Assembly (NCBI GenBank): GCA_963753345.1 | Contig: CAVWBU010000027.1 | Location: 218,447-282,446 of the forward strand | Direction of reading: 5' to 3' | Length of the DNA: 64,000 bases | Source of the DNA: an uncultured Fibrobacterota bacterium | GTDB lineage: Bacteria > Fibrobacterota > Chitinivibrionia > Chitinivibrionales > FEN-1185 | Part shown: positions 1 through 10,286 of the stretch, piece by piece | Numbering within the stretch: position 1 is the stretch's first letter | How the letters are laid out: each line of letters begins with the position of its first letter | The notes under the pieces: generated by a model | Seen by the model: the letters and a program-made list of their open reading frames with translations, nothing else | The model's database searches: none | Told to the model about the DNA's origin: nothing | Translations under genes and position numbers: made by a program

Positions 1-3
1 CCA

Positions 4-978
4 TTACCCTTTATTGAAATGATCCTTGAAATAGCCATGCAGGACCGGTAAAAATCCTATCGTGCGGGGAAGATAGGCGAAGAAAAACTGGAACAAAACA
101 AAGATGCCAAACTGTTCTTTAGTGAGCCCCAGGTAGGTTGACATCGCGGCGTTGAGCATTTCTCGGACTCCCATTCCATTCGGTGTGAACGGGAATGAAA
201 CGGCAATCAACTCGATAAGCGGCACAAAGGCCGCGCATTGCCACAAAAAATAGTGACCGGTTATTCCTTTGAGCGTCATCAAACTGGAAAAGACGAGAGA
301 AACCTGGGTTAGGAGAGTGACAGCAAAGGCCAAGAGTACGTCTTTTTTCTTGTTGCGGTATAGGTAGACTCCTTCCCGTACTTGGCTGATGATCCGCGAA
401 ACCGAGACAGGTGCAATCTTTTCAATGATGAATCGGAACGGTCTGGTCAGTCGTTTTGAAAATGAGACAAGAAAGACAAGAAATGCTCCGAGATAGAATA
501 CGACTATTCCTGCTACCCAGCCGCTAGGCAGAGATGATTTATCCATTGCAACAAAGCCGTACGCGGAAAGCACTCCCAGGGCAGGTAAGCCCAGAATTCG
601 GGTCATCCATATTGCGGCCCAACTGGCGGAAGAATCGTTTCTGTTTGCAAGCATGAATGTCTTTATGACATCCTGTGCTGCGCTGGTGGGGAGCGCGGTT
701 CCGTACAATACCGCAATGAAATGATAGGAAAGGGCGCGGAAGAAAGTTACTTCGGGAATGAATGCTTTCACTAATATCCACCATCGAATTCCCTGAAGAG
801 TCATGCTTGCTATCACGATAGTCATGAGAACCGGGCCGGTCCACCATGCAACCTTGGGAAATGCGACGACCATTTTGTGAAAATCAAGGCGTGAATATAT
901 CCAGAAGAATGGAACGACCGCGAGCAAAATTCCACCGCGTCGGATCCATTTGTTGTGGAGGGAAAACAGTTGCGCCAT
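4..978 (-). CDS. Polytopic membrane protein, flippase-like (lysyl-PG-synthase TM-region type)
   Basis: 324-aa ORF with about 8 hydrophobic spans and a basic N-terminus (KWIRRGG). The family call rests on remembered sequence character only. Confidence 0.5.
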   Translation of the reverse strand: MAQLFSLHNKWIRRGGILLAVVPFFWIYSRLDFHKMVVAFPKVAWWTGPVLMTIVIASMTLQGIRWWILVKAFIPEVTFFRALSYHFIAVLYGTALPTSAAQDVIKTFMLANRNDSSASWAAIWMTRILGLPALGVLSAYGFVAMDKSSLPSGWVAGIVVFYLGAFLVFLVSFSKRLTRPFRFIIEKIAPVSVSRIISQVREGVYLYRNKKKDVLLAFAVTLLTQVSLVFSSLMTLKGITGHYFLWQCAAFVPLIELIAVSFPFTPNGMGVREMLNAAMSTYLGLTKEQFGIFVLFQFFFAYLPRTIGFLPVLHGYFKDHFNKG

Positions 979-1305
979 TGGATTACAAATACCTTGGTGT
1001 TGCTATGGCATTGCGCATGCCTGAAATCGAAACGGGGAGAATGTCAGTAAATATACCATATAGATTGGGGATGCAGAGGCGAATCTCAACCTCGTTTCTT
1101 GTGAACGGTCCTGAGTAAAACTGCCGGAATCAGTTTGCGAAGGCTGCAATCGAAAAGGCATTTTCTTTCAGAAAACACTTTTTTTAATGGCATCTTGACA
1201 AGAAAGGCCGGTTATGCTATATTGCAAAACGCAATGGCTGATTTGACAAAAGAAGGCGAATACGATACCATGCAAGGTCTCGTCGTCGGCAAGAAAGGAA
1301 GAAAT

Positions 1306-3102
1306 ATGAGAAAACAGTGGTTTATTGTCGCTGCGGCGATTTTGCTTTTCTTTCGATTTCAAGTTCAAGCAAATATGGTGGCGTATTGGGATTTCAATGA
1401 GGGAAGCGGGACCGTATTGCATGACAAAAGCGGAAACGGCAACAGCGCCACAATATACGGCCCTACGTGGGCGGCTGGCGTGAGCGGATCGTCACTTCAT
1501 TTTAATGGAACAACCGACTACGTCGAACTAGTCGACGGGTCTCCCACACATCTTCAGCAATTTACAATCACCTGTTGGGTAAGTCCCATAGACCCCTATG
1601 CTTCCCAGGAAAGGGCTTTTTTTAGTAATGTTCAGGCTGCTTCTGGTTTGGCCGACGGATTCGTCTTTGGGTTTAACCCCACCGGCCTTAACTTTTGCGC
1701 AGCAAACAGTGCGGGAAACGGCTGGTTTACGCTCGCGGTACCCGTGAATATTGCGGCCGGTTCCTATCACTTCGCGGCATGTACCTACGACGGGGCAACG
1801 ATGCGCGAATATTTTGACGGAGCCTTGGCCGGACAAATGAGTCGCAGCGGCCTTATACCCTATTCCAGCGTGAAACCTAACATAGGAGCGGCACTCAACA
1901 ATGTGGGACATCTAGGGCATTATTATGGCAACATTGACGAAATGCGTATTTATAACCAAGCGCTATCCGCATCGGATCTGGTTGCCCTTTACAACGACAA
2001 GGGAACTTCCGCAATTACAAGCGATTTTCTCATTCCGGTCCAGTCTCCCACCTATGAACGTCGCCCAGTGCTTCGCTGGCATCCGGTGGCGAATGCCAGC
2101 GGCTATAATATCCAAGTTGATTCGACAAGGGCTTTTCTTACTCCTCTCATAAATATTCCAACGGCGGACACCTTTTTCATACCGAATGCGGATCTCCCTG
2201 TCGATACAATTTTCTGGCGCGTCATTGCAGGTATCAATGACACGTCGACGTGTTTTTCGTCCATCGGGTCGTTTCTCATCCAGGATCAGAGGGTTCCGCT
2301 CCTTGTCCCCTATGAACCCAAGGTAACTTTAGAACGAAAACCTGTCTTTAAGTGGCATCCGGTGTCCGGAGCGGTTTCTTACACCTTGGAAGTCGGCAGC
2401 GATGCGCTGTTCACTAATGTTTTGCTTGTTGTTCCTGTTGCCGACACGCAATTCTCGCCGTCTGTCGGTATAAATGTTGGTCCCATCGTTTGGCGGGTAA
2501 AATCAGTCCTTAGCGAAGCGTGGTCGACCACGGACATGTTTCAGATCGTATCGGATTCGATACCCATGCTGCTTCGTTACGACGGCGCTGTTGTCGCAAC
2601 CGCGAAACCGCTGTTTGCATGGCACCCCGTGCTTGATGCTTCGGCATATACGCTGGAAATCGCCAATAATTCGTCCTTTACGAACGGTTATGTGATACCA
2701 CTTACCGACACATCATTTTCACCAGCGGCCGTTTTGGCCAATGGAAAGTGGTTCTGGCGCGTCAGTTGCAGCAGAAATCCGGCATTGTTCAGCGTCTCCG
2801 ACAGCCTCGTGGTCGCCTCCGTATTTGTGCGATTGTCAAATAATAACGACGCGTCGTTCGCCATGCCGTTCACCGTCCAGTCATGCAAAGGCACCATTCG
2901 AGTAACGGCCGACGCCCTGACAAATGGGAGTGCCACAATTACCCTGTTCACGCTTGTCGGAAAAACAGTGCTTAGCCGCCATGTCGCCTCTCGCTGCAAA
3001 ACGACCGCGATTGATGTGTCCAAGATCCCTGCGAACCTTTATCTCATTGAGATCAAGACAGGTGAAAAGCTGTTCATTCAGAAGGTGATGGTCAGAAGAT
3101 AG
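1306..3102 (+). CDS. Secreted LamG/concanavalin-like lectin-fold protein with three tandem beta-sandwich repeats and a C-terminal sorting-type domain
   Basis: Internal ATG at 1306 gives the signal peptide MRKQWFIVAAAILLFFRFQVQA. LamG-like block (LHFNGTTDYVEL..IDEMRIYNQALS). Three repeats of the pattern P-x-F/L-x-WHPV..A..Y-x-L/I-E/Q-V...FWRV. C-terminus LYLIEIKTGEKLFIQKVMVRR. Confidence 0.7.
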   Translation: MRKQWFIVAAAILLFFRFQVQANMVAYWDFNEGSGTVLHDKSGNGNSATIYGPTWAAGVSGSSLHFNGTTDYVELVDGSPTHLQQFTITCWVSPIDPYASQERAFFSNVQAASGLADGFVFGFNPTGLNFCAANSAGNGWFTLAVPVNIAAGSYHFAACTYDGATMREYFDGALAGQMSRSGLIPYSSVKPNIGAALNNVGHLGHYYGNIDEMRIYNQALSASDLVALYNDKGTSAITSDFLIPVQSPTYERRPVLRWHPVANASGYNIQVDSTRAFLTPLINIPTADTFFIPNADLPVDTIFWRVIAGINDTSTCFSSIGSFLIQDQRVPLLVPYEPKVTLERKPVFKWHPVSGAVSYTLEVGSDALFTNVLLVVPVADTQFSPSVGINVGPIVWRVKSVLSEAWSTTDMFQIVSDSIPMLLRYDGAVVATAKPLFAWHPVLDASAYTLEIANNSSFTNGYVIPLTDTSFSPAAVLANGKWFWRVSCSRNPALFSVSDSLVVASVFVRLSNNNDASFAMPFTVQSCKGTIRVTADALTNGSATITLFTLVGKTVLSRHVASRCKTTAIDVSKIPANLYLIEIKTGEKLFIQKVMVRR

Positions 3103-3286
3103 CATCCTTGGCCGCGTGTCTTGACGGAATCGGCAGGCGTGGCACCGGGCAGAAAATGTGCCGAGGTCCGCACAAACTGACCATAATAATATCCTCCTCT
3201 TGTGCTTCCGTTTAGAATCTTCTATTTTTGACTCTCCGTTTCGTGGTTGTTATTCCGACATATAACTAACAGAAGGAGTATTAACC

Positions 3287-4501
3287 GTGGCAAAACTTGT
3301 GGGAAAAGCAGTCATCGCGCAGGGCGGCGGGCCCACCGCAGTCATCAACCAGAGCCTTGTTGGCGCCGTTTTGCAGGCAAGAAAATACACGTGCATTGAA
3401 AACATTTACGGCGCGCTTCACGGCGTGAGCGGTATCGTAAAGGAGGATTTTCTCGATCTTACGCAGGCGACAACCCACAATCTGGAAAAGGTTGCCCTTT
3501 CCCCCTCGTCGGCCATGCTTTCCACCCGCGACAAACCCAACGAGGAATACTGCCAGAAAATATTCAAGGTTCTCAAGGCTCATGACGTGCGGTATTTCTA
3601 CTATGTCGGCGGCAACGACTCCGCCGACACCTGCAAGATTGTGAATGAAAACGCAAAAAAGGCCGGGTACGAATTGCGGGTGGTACACATCCCCAAGACC
3701 ATCGACAACGACCTGCGGGTCACCGACCACTGCCCGGGGTTCGGCTCGGCGGGCAGGTTCGTGAGCCTTGCCTTTGCCGGGCTCAATCTCGATAACCGCA
3801 GCCTTCCCGGCGTTTACATCGCGATTATCATGGGCCGGAACGCGGGATTTCTCACCGCGGCCTCGGTGTTCGCCAAGAAATATCCCGACGACGGCCCGCA
3901 CTGCATTTACATGCCGGAGAAACCGTTCAGCCAGGACAAATTCCTCGCCGATGTCGACAAGTACTACAAGCAGTACGGCAGGTGCGTCATCGCGGCGTCG
4001 GAAGGCATCACCGACAAGGACGGAACGCCCATCATTGCCGCGCTGACGAAAACCAGCGAGAAGGATGCGCACGGCAACGTGCAGCTCTCCGGGACCGGCG
4101 CGCTCGGCGACGCCCTGGCAGGCCTTGTCAAAGACAAGCTCAAGATCAAGCGCGTGCGCTGCGACACGTTCGGCTACCTGCAGCGGAGTTTTCTGAGCGT
4201 GGTTTCGGGAGTTGACGCACAGGAAGCGCGTGAGGTCGGGGAGAAGGCCGTTCAGTTCTCGGTATGGGCCGACGTCGACGGTAGCGTGGCCATCCGCAGG
4301 ACGGGCGACTACTCGGTTGAATATTTTCTCACGCCGCTTGAGACCGTTGCCCGCGACACGAAAAAGATGGCCGATGAGTATATCGATGTTGAGAATTCAA
4401 CGGTCACCGAGGCTTTCAAGGATTACGCGCGTCCCCTTATCGGAACCATGCCGGAGTACGAACGCATCTCCGCGCCCTTGGTGAGCAAGCTTCTCGCATA
4501 A
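3287..4501 (+). CDS. Phosphofructokinase family enzyme (ATP- versus PPi-dependence not resolved)
   Basis: GTG start 8 nt after AAGGAG. Motifs GGGPTAVINQS, YVGGNDSA and IPKTIDNDL. Confidence 0.85.
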   Translation: MAKLVGKAVIAQGGGPTAVINQSLVGAVLQARKYTCIENIYGALHGVSGIVKEDFLDLTQATTHNLEKVALSPSSAMLSTRDKPNEEYCQKIFKVLKAHDVRYFYYVGGNDSADTCKIVNENAKKAGYELRVVHIPKTIDNDLRVTDHCPGFGSAGRFVSLAFAGLNLDNRSLPGVYIAIIMGRNAGFLTAASVFAKKYPDDGPHCIYMPEKPFSQDKFLADVDKYYKQYGRCVIAASEGITDKDGTPIIAALTKTSEKDAHGNVQLSGTGALGDALAGLVKDKLKIKRVRCDTFGYLQRSFLSVVSGVDAQEAREVGEKAVQFSVWADVDGSVAIRRTGDYSVEYFLTPLETVARDTKKMADEYIDVENSTVTEAFKDYARPLIGTMPEYERISAPLVSKLLA

Positions 4502-4522
4502 GGGGAGCGGACCACGGTGCAT

Positions 4523-4553
4523 GCCGGCGTCTCAGGAAGATCGCCGGCTTATT
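4523..4553 (+). terminator. Possible intrinsic terminator after the PFK gene
   Basis: GCCGGCG-12 nt-CGCCGGC followed by TTATT. The T-tract is weak. Confidence 0.3.
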
Positions 4554-4692
4554 GGGTGATACAGAGATCAGGAGTTCCCGAAAGCCTCCGGGCGTATTTT
4601 GTTCCAAAGGATCACCAGGCCCCACCTTGAATATTTTTGCCACGCTCCACAAAAGCATTTTTTCCGGCAGTTTCTATGAGACGATTTCCGCC

Positions 4693-5466
4693 ATGCCGGT
4701 TCGCAGCGTGGCGAAGTTCTTCTTTCTGATCTGTCTGTTGACAATGCTTATTTGCGGTTTTTCTCACCTGTTTTACGCCATGAATGCAACGTCCGGCCTT
4801 GCCGCCGAAACCGCGGGGGCGTTCAGCGGCATCGAGCTCAACAACGGGGCGCTCGACCCGCACCGTCCGGTTCCCTATATTCCCGACAATACCCATGTGT
4901 CAAGAGCCTTTGAATTTGTCTTCTGGCTCCCTCATTCTTCCGCCGTGGTGCCGGATTCATTTGTTGTAGTCGACACCAATGCCAATTCCATGGCGAGGAT
5001 CGGCAACAACACCCTGTTCCTGCTTTCCGCCCGCCGCCTGGTCGTCAATCCGGGATCGTCGTTTTCCTACGGAAGATCGTATGGCGAACTCTTCGGCACA
5101 GGGCGCCTTGTCGTTGACAGGAATTCGATTCAGAAACTGCTCGTGACACAGCTGCCGCTTCTCGCGCTGTTCTACTGCGCATGGACGGCAATGGCGGACT
5201 CTGCCGTGTATTTCATGAGCGTTGTTTGTATTGCTTTCGTCGCGCTTGCGGCATATATTTTTAGTGTCAATCGGCCGCGAAGCCCGGGCGAATTCTTCAA
5301 AATGGCGTTTTTCGCCGCATCGCCGTTGTACATCGGCACCAATATCGTGGCCGTCTCCGGCACCGGCTTTGCGTGGACATGGCACGTTTTTATTCTGATT
5401 TCAACGGTTGTCATGTTACGGGGCGTTATGCATGCGTCAAGGGCCGCAAACCATCCGGACCTCTAG
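4693..5466 (+). CDS. Membrane protein of unknown function (one N-terminal TM segment plus a C-terminal TM bundle)
   Basis: ATG at 4693 begins MPVRSVAKFFFLICLLTMLICGF. Three to four further hydrophobic segments lie at the C-terminus. Confidence 0.5.
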   Translation: MPVRSVAKFFFLICLLTMLICGFSHLFYAMNATSGLAAETAGAFSGIELNNGALDPHRPVPYIPDNTHVSRAFEFVFWLPHSSAVVPDSFVVVDTNANSMARIGNNTLFLLSARRLVVNPGSSFSYGRSYGELFGTGRLVVDRNSIQKLLVTQLPLLALFYCAWTAMADSAVYFMSVVCIAFVALAAYIFSVNRPRSPGEFFKMAFFAASPLYIGTNIVAVSGTGFAWTWHVFILISTVVMLRGVMHASRAANHPDL

Positions 5467-5483
5467 AACAACAGGGCGGTATC

Positions 5484-6350
5484 GTGCTCCTCGGAATTCA
5501 GCAGAAGAAGGGAGATCCCGGCAAACTCGACGGCCGTCTTACGGTGTACGCTATTCTCGATATCGACCCTTCAGATCTGCTCTCGATGAAACACCCCATT
5601 GCGTCAATGATCCACAACGGGTTGCTTGTTGCGCAAGGCAACTATAGAGACCAGAATAACCTAAGGGATTTTCTCAAGTCCGAAATGGGGCTGTCTCTCG
5701 AGGAGGGGCTTGAGGATTTTCTCGACAAGCTCGGAGGTCTTGAGTCCGCGCTCGATCCGGATAAACTCCGGGAACGCATCGACAATATCGACGAACTGGA
5801 AGATTTTATTCCCACGCCGGCCAAGATCGTTCCATTTCCTTCCGAAACCGATGTGCTCGAGCAGGAGGGGGATGTCTATTTCGCGGGGACATTCAAAAAT
5901 GTAGGAAACGCCATTCTCAGCGTCAACTCGCTGCCGATACTGTACCAGGCAAGGTTCAGGGAACAGGAAATCCAGAAAGTTCGGTGCGAGATAGAACGGC
6001 TCGTTGCCCAAATCGAAAAGAACGCACCGCCGCGCGAAGTGCCTTCTCCCGGAGGTTCGAAAGTCGAAGAAAGGATCATGAAGGATTTTATCCCGAACAT
6101 GCTTTATTGCCGCAAGGAAAAAAAAATCTTCAGTGCGGCGGAGAAACAGTTCCGCGACTTTCTGCACGATTATAGGCGGCCCGAAGACGTGAATGCGGTG
6201 GTGGGCATCATTGCCGAGGAGCATGAACTCACCTCGCGCCACTTCAAACTGCTTGAGCTGTACGCAAAAAAGATATCCCGTGTGACCGAGGAGAACTTTA
6301 CCGAGGCGGAGAGACTCCAGAAGGATATTTCCGCGCTCGAAAACCAGTAA
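5484..6350 (+). CDS. Hypothetical acidic, coiled-coil-rich protein
   Basis: Long ORF in the frame of 5373..6350. The start is uncertain: GTG 5484 is the first start after the upstream stop, and ATG 5586 is an alternative. Confidence 0.4.
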   Translation: MLLGIQQKKGDPGKLDGRLTVYAILDIDPSDLLSMKHPIASMIHNGLLVAQGNYRDQNNLRDFLKSEMGLSLEEGLEDFLDKLGGLESALDPDKLRERIDNIDELEDFIPTPAKIVPFPSETDVLEQEGDVYFAGTFKNVGNAILSVNSLPILYQARFREQEIQKVRCEIERLVAQIEKNAPPREVPSPGGSKVEERIMKDFIPNMLYCRKEKKIFSAAEKQFRDFLHDYRRPEDVNAVVGIIAEEHELTSRHFKLLELYAKKISRVTEENFTEAERLQKDISALENQ

Positions 6351-6380
6351 ATCAATCGCCGCACAACGGAAACCTCCGCA

Positions 6381-8084
6381 ATGCTTTTCGGCAGGCGCAA
6401 CCAGTCGGGCAACATTCAAAGCGACATCACGCTCATGGCGCGTATCGTGGAACATACGCCCGTCGACATTCTCGTAACCGATGTGAACGGTTCGATCCTC
6501 TATGCCAACGCCTGTGCGGAACGCGATCTGAAGGTGCCCCGCAGCAAACTCAGGGGAACTCCGCTTGAATCTCTTCTGTCGGACACCAGCGCCGGTTCTT
6601 CATGGACCGAGTTGAGGGAACGTCTCGCACGCGAGCATACCTTCGATACCAGTGTCCATTTGCTCGGGCGGGACGCGTCGGAGATGACCTGCGCGCTGCA
6701 GGCTTTTTCCATCGATGACACGGTATCGGGCGGCAACGTGTTCGTGTTTCAGTTCAAAGACGTGACGGGCGAAGTCGAGTCCGTGGCGGAGATCGAACGC
6801 AAGAACATCGAAATGGCGAAAATCAACTCCGAGCTCATCCGTTCGAATGCGGAGCTCAAACGCGTGAGCGAGCTCAAGTCAAATTTCCTGAGCATTGCGT
6901 CGCATGAGCTCAAGACACCGCTCACCTCGATCAAGGGTTATTCCGACATCATTATCGACACCATGAAGGGCAAGCTTGAGAGCAGCGTGTTCCGGATGAT
7001 TGAGAGCATCAACCGGGCCGCAGACAGGCTGCACCGCGTGGTGAACAACATCCTTGACGTCACGCGCATCGAGCAGAAGCGTCTCAGACTCAAGCCTGAG
7101 GCCATGAACCTCGCGGCCGTGGCGTGTGAATGCATCGAGGAACTCTCCCAATTCTCGTCAAAACGGAACATTCGGTTTGAATGCGTCGCGGCGGACAACC
7201 TGCCCTTGTTTATGGGCGATACCATGCGCATGCAGCAGGTGTTCACCAACCTGTTCTCCAACGCCATCAAATTCTCTCCCGATAATTCCGCGGTGCAGGT
7301 GCGCATTGAGTTGCACGCTCCATCGGAATTCCACATCGTGGTGAAGGACCAGGGCATCGGCATCGACAAGCTGGAGCAGAAGAAGGTGTTCGATCCGTTC
7401 TACGAAATCGCCAGCGCCACTCGGCACAGCACCGATGCGTCAAAATTCATGGGGGGAGGCACGGGACTCGGCTTGTCTATTGTCAAGGGCATCGTGGAGC
7501 GCCACGGGGGGAGGATATGGATCGAAAGCGACGGGCCGTCTACGACCGTCAAGTTCCCCGGGAGCGAGTTCCACGTTGTCCTTCCCGTCAAGGCCAAAAT
7601 CGAGTGGGACGACGATGAAACCAAGACGATCAGGCTTGCCGATTTGCAGGAAGCGAAGATAAGGGAACATGATGCCGCCGCCGACAACGTGGACAAAAAA
7701 CCCGTGATCCTCCTCATCGACAGCGATCATGAGACCATTGAAATTTCGAAGATGGTTCTGGAAAGCGCATTTGACATTCTGGTGGCGGAGACCGGCGAGA
7801 TCGGACTTGCCATGGCCTTCAACCACGAGCCGTCGGTTATTCTTGTCGATTCGTTCCTTCCCGGAATAGACGGCTATCGCGTATGCCGGATTCTCCGCAG
7901 CCAGGACGAGACCAAGAACATTCCCATCGCATTTTTCTCCGCCGGATCGCAAAGCAGCGAGATCCAGAAATGCTTTGCCTCTGGCGCGGATGACTTCATT
8001 GTCAAGCCCTTCGCGGGGAAGGAGCTGGTTGACAAGATCTGGCGGCTTCTCATGAAAAAGAAAGAGCAGGAGAACTTCAAGTAG
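6381..8084 (+). CDS. Hybrid sensor histidine kinase (PAS-HisKA-HATPase_c-receiver)
   Basis: H-box SIASHELKTPLTSI. N, G1 and G2 boxes (NLFSNAIKF, DQGIGI, GGGTGLGLSIV). C-terminal REC domain (ILLIDSD..ILVDSFLPGIDG..VKPF). Confidence 0.85.
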   Translation: MLFGRRNQSGNIQSDITLMARIVEHTPVDILVTDVNGSILYANACAERDLKVPRSKLRGTPLESLLSDTSAGSSWTELRERLAREHTFDTSVHLLGRDASEMTCALQAFSIDDTVSGGNVFVFQFKDVTGEVESVAEIERKNIEMAKINSELIRSNAELKRVSELKSNFLSIASHELKTPLTSIKGYSDIIIDTMKGKLESSVFRMIESINRAADRLHRVVNNILDVTRIEQKRLRLKPEAMNLAAVACECIEELSQFSSKRNIRFECVAADNLPLFMGDTMRMQQVFTNLFSNAIKFSPDNSAVQVRIELHAPSEFHIVVKDQGIGIDKLEQKKVFDPFYEIASATRHSTDASKFMGGGTGLGLSIVKGIVERHGGRIWIESDGPSTTVKFPGSEFHVVLPVKAKIEWDDDETKTIRLADLQEAKIREHDAAADNVDKKPVILLIDSDHETIEISKMVLESAFDILVAETGEIGLAMAFNHEPSVILVDSFLPGIDGYRVCRILRSQDETKNIPIAFFSAGSQSSEIQKCFASGADDFIVKPFAGKELVDKIWRLLMKKKEQENFK

Positions 8085-8097
8085 CAGACCTTCCGAA

Positions 8098-8148
8098 GAA
8101 AACAAAGGAGGAACCGGCAGCTCTGCCCGTTCCTCCTTTGTTTCTCCG
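8098..8148. terminator. Bidirectional intrinsic terminator between convergent genes
   Basis: About 20-bp stem AAACAAAGGAGGAACCGGCAG / CTGCCCGTTCCTCCTTTGTTT (one mismatch), with A/T runs on both sides. Confidence 0.7.
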
Positions 8149-8162
8149 TTCGCAATCAGCAA

Positions 8163-8612
8163 TTACTTGGTTTGGCGTTCAACCGTTTCCCGGTCGACGT
8201 TTTCACGAAGTGCGTCGGCAAACGAGCGGTCCAGCTTGATCGGGTCGGCATTCGGATTGTCGGCGTCTATGATGTAAACCGGCGTCGGGTTATCGAGATA
8301 CCCGATGACTTCCGCGTCGTCGAACACGAAGGTCTTGCTCTTGCCCGTCGTCACCACCATGCGCTTTTCGACCCACCCGGTTTCGCCGTCCGCTTTCTGG
8401 ATTTTGTAGTGGTTTCTGGCGGTGGAAAGAATGAGGAGACGGTCATTCGTGCCGACCGTGAACAGCGGCTTTTCGTACAACTCACGGATTTCGTTCTTGA
8501 ACACGCCGACATCGTTTGCAGTGGGGGTGACATACTTCTCGGCATTCTTCTGCGCGAACGCAATGCCGACCGCCATTGTCAGGACAATCAGGACCACGGA
8601 TTTTAATCGCAT
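8163..8612 (-). CDS. Small secreted protein with an SH3b-like segment
   Basis: ATG at 8612 gives the signal peptide MRLKSVVLIVLTMAVGIAFA. SH3-like block RLLILSTARNHYKIQKADGETGWVEKRMV. Confidence 0.55.
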   Translation of the reverse strand: MRLKSVVLIVLTMAVGIAFAQKNAEKYVTPTANDVGVFKNEIRELYEKPLFTVGTNDRLLILSTARNHYKIQKADGETGWVEKRMVVTTGKSKTFVFDDAEVIGYLDNPTPVYIIDADNPNADPIKLDRSFADALRENVDRETVERQTK

Positions 8613-8761
8613 AACATTCTCCTTGCTGCTTCGATTGTAAAGAACCCTATCAATGGTAATTATAATTCTTTTTTTAAACAGAAGCAAGCGGTAAAAACGA
8701 AACGAACACGCCGAATAGCCTCCTTTTCCGCCCAAAAAAAATCGGCAAAATACCGGCATCA

Positions 8762-10222
8762 TCACTCCCCGCCTTCTGCAAAAGCGAAATCCATGTCGCG
8801 AGCCGCCTTGACCTCGTCAAGCCTGCCCACCGGCGTGGAAAGGGGAGCGTCGTGCAGCAGCGCCGGCTTGTCGCGTGCCTCGACCGCGATGGTTTCCATG
8901 GCCGCGATGAACGCGTCCATTGTTTCCTTGCTTTCGGTCTCGGTCGGCTCTATCATGAGCGCTTCCTTGACAATGAGCGGGAAGTACACCGTGGGCGGAT
9001 GAAAACCCATGTCGATAAGCCGCTTCGCTATGTCAAGCGCGCTCACGCCGTTTTTCGCCTGTCTCGCGGCCGAGATCACGCATTCGTGCATGCAGGCGCG
9101 GTCGTAGGGCACATCGAACGATTGTTTGAGACGATTCATGACGTAATTGGCGTTGAGAACGGCGTTCTCGCTCACTTCGGAAAGCCCGTTGCCGCCCAGC
9201 AGCAGGATGTATGCGTATGCCTTGAGACACACGCTGAAATTGCCGTAGAACGGTGCGATATAACCTATTGATTTCGGGTAATTGTAATTGAGCGAATAGG
9301 TGTTGTCGGACCGCTTTACCACGCGGGAAACAGGAAGGAATTCCTCAAGTTTCTTTTTGACGCCCACCGGCCCGGCACCCGGCCCGCCTCCGCCGTGCGG
9401 CGTGCCGAATGTCTTGTGGAGGTTGATGTGCATAACGTCGAAGTCCGCGTCACCCGGCCTGAACCTGCCCAGAATGGCGTTCAGATTCGCGCCGTCGTAG
9501 TAGAGCAGAGCGTCGTGCCGGTGCGCACATTCGGCGATTTTTCCTATTTGTGCATTGAAAATCCCTAGCGTATTCGGGTTCGTCATCATGATGGCGGCGG
9601 TCTGCGGCCCCACCATCGCCTCAAGCGTGGCACAATCGATGACCCCGGTTTCCGGGTTCGTGGGCACGGGCCGCACGCGGTACCCTGCAATGGCGGCGCT
9701 GGAAGGGTTGGTGCCGTGCGCTTCGTCGGGAATCAGCACTTCGTTCTTCCTGTTGCCTCTGTCTCTGTGGTACGCCGCCACCAGCATCATGCCGGTGAGT
9801 TCGCCGTGCGCGCCCGCCATGGGCTGCAGGGTAAAAGCGTCCATGCCCGATATCTCGCACAGGAAGTGTTCCAGTTCGTAAAGAACGGCGAGGGCGCCCT
9901 GGGTGAGCATGCCGCCGCGCCGGAGCTGGGGGAGCAGGGGATGGAGACCGGCAAAACCCTCGAGCTGTGCAATCTTTTCGCACACCTTCGGGTTGTATTT
10001 CATGGTGCACGAACCGAGAGGATAGAAATTGGTGTCCACGCCGAAGTTACAGCGCGACAAGGCGGTGAAATGCCTCACCACATCGAGCTCCGAAAGCTCG
10101 CACAGCTCCGCGTCGTGTGCGCGCCGGTAGGCGGCATCGATGCTCGTGTTCGTCGGCACGTCGGGAGCAGGCAGCGAAACGCCTTTTCTGTCCTTTACCG
10201 ATTTGCTGAAGATTATTTCCAT
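8762..10222 (-). CDS. gcvPB: Glycine dehydrogenase (decarboxylating) subunit 2
   Basis: 486 aa with the typical P-protein beta-subunit sequence (INLHKTFGTPHGGGGPGAGPVGV). Sits in a gcvT-H-PA-PB gene order. Confidence 0.9.
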   Translation of the reverse strand: MEIIFSKSVKDRKGVSLPAPDVPTNTSIDAAYRRAHDAELCELSELDVVRHFTALSRCNFGVDTNFYPLGSCTMKYNPKVCEKIAQLEGFAGLHPLLPQLRRGGMLTQGALAVLYELEHFLCEISGMDAFTLQPMAGAHGELTGMMLVAAYHRDRGNRKNEVLIPDEAHGTNPSSAAIAGYRVRPVPTNPETGVIDCATLEAMVGPQTAAIMMTNPNTLGIFNAQIGKIAECAHRHDALLYYDGANLNAILGRFRPGDADFDVMHINLHKTFGTPHGGGGPGAGPVGVKKKLEEFLPVSRVVKRSDNTYSLNYNYPKSIGYIAPFYGNFSVCLKAYAYILLLGGNGLSEVSENAVLNANYVMNRLKQSFDVPYDRACMHECVISAARQAKNGVSALDIAKRLIDMGFHPPTVYFPLIVKEALMIEPTETESKETMDAFIAAMETIAVEARDKPALLHDAPLSTPVGRLDEVKAARDMDFAFAEGGE

Positions 10223-10286
10223 GCTTTGTCCCGCGCTTCTATTTCGTATAGTCGTGATTCTCGGAGCAATGGTTCACCTCGCGCTA

